Assembly: GCA_964016885.1 (NCBI GenBank)
Contig: OZ024741.1
Location: 372,062,001 to 372,126,000 of the forward strand
Direction: 5' to 3'
Source: Eledone cirrhosa
Taxonomy: Eukaryota
Length of the DNA: 64,000 nucleotides
Shown: piece after piece, positions 61,569-64,000 of the stretch
Layout of the letters: each line of letters starts with the position of its first letter
Numbering within the stretch: position 1 is the stretch's first letter
Program-made: the position numbers and the translations under genes
Notes under the pieces: model-generated
What the model was told of the DNA's origin: nothing
Seen by the model: the letters and a program-made list of their open reading frames with translations, nothing else
Database searches by the model: none

Positions 61569-63283
61569 TTTCTTCTTCACCCACATATTCCTGTGAGGGT
61601 CATGAGGGCTGAATCTTTAGACTCGCCTTCCAGGGAATCCCCAAGTGAGATCAACAGAGCTTGTGGATGTTATCCAACCATCTTGCTCATGGTCTATCTC
61701 TTGGTCTCCTGCCAGTTGACTTTGCTCATAAAATTTGTCCAGTAATTCTTTCCTTAGACATTCTAACCACATGTTTGAGAAGAAGCAACGCCACCTTGAG
61801 CGACACCCTAACCTCCGTGCTACACACCTTATTGATTAACATTACTCCCAAAATTTTTTGGAGGAACCCCATTTCAGCCATTTGTATTAGCAATCACATT
61901 CTTTCGGTCATTACCAAAGATTTTTGATCATAGCTAAGAATAGACATGAATACCAAATTGAAAATAGCAAGTTTGGCTTTTACACCTATCTCCCTTCTGA
62001 TGACCAAGTGCTGAAGCTAACGCATTGCTGCACCAGTTCTTGAAATTCGTGCATGTAATTCAACGCCCCTCTCTCCATCACTCATGAAAATGGCACCGAG
62101 AAATTTGAATTTCTCCATCTGTTATATGCAAAGTGCACTGCACAGGCTTTTTGGGGAAGATTAGTATCTCAGTCTTCACAGAACTGAATTTCATTCCTAT
62201 CATGCAGCACTTAACAGCAATCACCTTCTGATGAGGTAAATAGTACCAACCAATTGATCCTACACCTTCCAATTATGATGATACCACTTCCAACCGAGCT
62301 GTACATGTCAACCCTGTTCATGAAGATAATCGTTTCTACTTTTGGCACAAGGCCATCAATTACCCAGTACATTACTGGTACTTTATTTTATCGACCCGTA
62401 AGGATGAAAGGCAAAGTTCACCTCGGCGGGATTTGAACTCAGACCGCAAAGGAACGTAACTATGCTGGAAAGCATGGCGTCCGATCCTCTACCGATACTG
62501 CCAATCCACTGAAGATAATGAACAGGAGTGGTAAGAGTACAGACTTTTGGCAGAGTCTAACACCCACTTTAGTTCAGCAAATAAAATATTCTGGCAGCCA
62601 TTCAACTTTGTAATAAGAAATCCCCTCCTATACCAGGAACTCGTCTGGGGTTCTCTCTAAAGAGAAGTGCATCCTGATGAGGTGAGAAATTACTTTGCTG
62701 ATCTCCTAAATCCAGTCATAACATCTTTTGATGTACATAAGATACATCTAGGGGTAAAGACTAACCTCTCAGAGATGAGGTCGCCAGAGCAATTAAAACA
62801 CTCTGGGGAGAATGAAATTCAACCTGAGATGTTAAAAACTTTAAATAGAGAAGGTATTCTCTTGTTGACTCATATGTGCTGGGTGGCCTGGATCTCTAGA
62901 AAGACATCAAAGCAATGGCAATCAGAAATGAAAATCTCAATTTTCAAAAAAGGGGACAAAGTCTATCCTAAGTGTCTGACAAAGATGTAGGGATATTGTC
63001 AAGTCCAAGCAAGCTGACAAACAGTGTGGTTTTCACCTTGGATGTAGCACAACTGACTAAATATTCACTCTGTGGTGAGTTTTCAAAAAATTGTGAGAGT
63101 ATTGCCAAATGGTGCATGTTTGTTTCGTAGACCTCAAAAAGACATACAACCATATTCCACAGGACTGGTTGTGGAAGGTTCTGCAGGAGTATGGGATAAA
63201 TGGATAGCTTCTCATTGTCTTGAAGTCCTTATATGAATGCCCAAATATATGTTTGGATAAATGGTGCTAAATCAAAATCAATC
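61569..63283 (-). mobile_element. RTE-clade LINE with an inverted 5' half and a nested SINE
   Basis: 61569-62570 reads on the minus strand (KVGVRLCQKSVLLPLLFIIF...GRRPRDRP..RWLDNI, GAAGAA tail). 62571-63283 reads on the plus strand (SSANKIFWQ...PEMLKTL...IFKKGD...INGAKSKS). The SINE at 62331-62509 has the TSD TGAAGATAAT. Confidence 0.75.
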
Positions 63284-64000
63284 AGTCCATGGTTTAAATT
63301 TAAATACTTCAAGAGAGAGTTTTGGGTAGATTGGTATTTAAAGGGTTAAATGAAATAAGAAAGTGTAAATTAAATGAAGTAAGAAAGTGTGAATTCCAGA
63401 TAGCTACAATTCTGGGAAGGAAGATTGAGCAACATATCTAATACAGGGGGTGGGGGTGGGGGTCAGATGACTAAAAAAGAGATGGATGCAATGAGAAGGC
63501 AGGCAGCCTGTTAGTTCAGATAAGCTGCACAAATTGTAGTTGCAGAAGAGACAAGGAAGAAATAGGACAAATGTAAGTTAATGGTTGTAGCATGTTGGTG
63601 AGTGGTTGGTACTAAAAATGACATTCAACTGTAGAAAGAATGCCAAAATTTGGAATGTATGTGCATGATAGAATCCTCTTATCTTTCCCAGAAGACTAAC
63701 TCCAAGTAGGAACTGACTCGGATCGACAAAACTCATCCAATCCATGCCAACGTGAAAAACAGATATAGAATGATGATGATCATCATCATTATTTGAGTAG
63801 TGGTGTGTATGACAGATTAATTACTTTCTAGAATATTCCACTGCATTGAGAGTTCAAATTCTAACAAATCCAACTTTACCAGAGAAAAAAATAAGTAGCA
63901 ATCATGTACTTAGGTTAACACTTTTGAAACTATATTTCTAATTAAATACACCACCTATGTCTTTTTGATTAATTTTATAAATAATCATCAATTTGAAGAG

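Noticed and set aside
56255-64000. CHMP3 coding exon 1 (MGLFG...)
   Set aside because: No matching minus-strand sequence seen; probably beyond the right edge

Overview
AT-rich, repeat-dominated animal genomic DNA. The long (TA/CA)n tracts and SINE repertoire suggest an octopus-like cephalopod (inference only). The one host gene I can support is CHMP3/VPS24 (ESCRT-III) on the minus strand: coding exons 2-6 lie between 56254 and 37716, and exon 1 was not found in the window. The left 32 kb is a retroelement cluster. (1) The 5' end of an R4/Dong-like element, whose ORF runs off the left edge and is missing from the ORF track. (2) Two full-length, ORF-intact, non-identical Tx1/L1-clade retrotransposons stacked head-to-tail, each bounded exactly by (ATT)n with no poly(A). 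(3) A near-intact CR1/L2-type LINE embedded in (TA)n, whose AUG-less ORF2 overlaps ORF1 at an in-frame U_UUU_UUA slippery site. (4) Penelope-like remnants and fold-back palindromes carrying hammerhead-ribozyme cores. The rest is SINEs, MITEs, RTE/CR1/CRE/Helitron remnants and microsatellites. All calls come from reading the sequence; no searches or folding programs were run.
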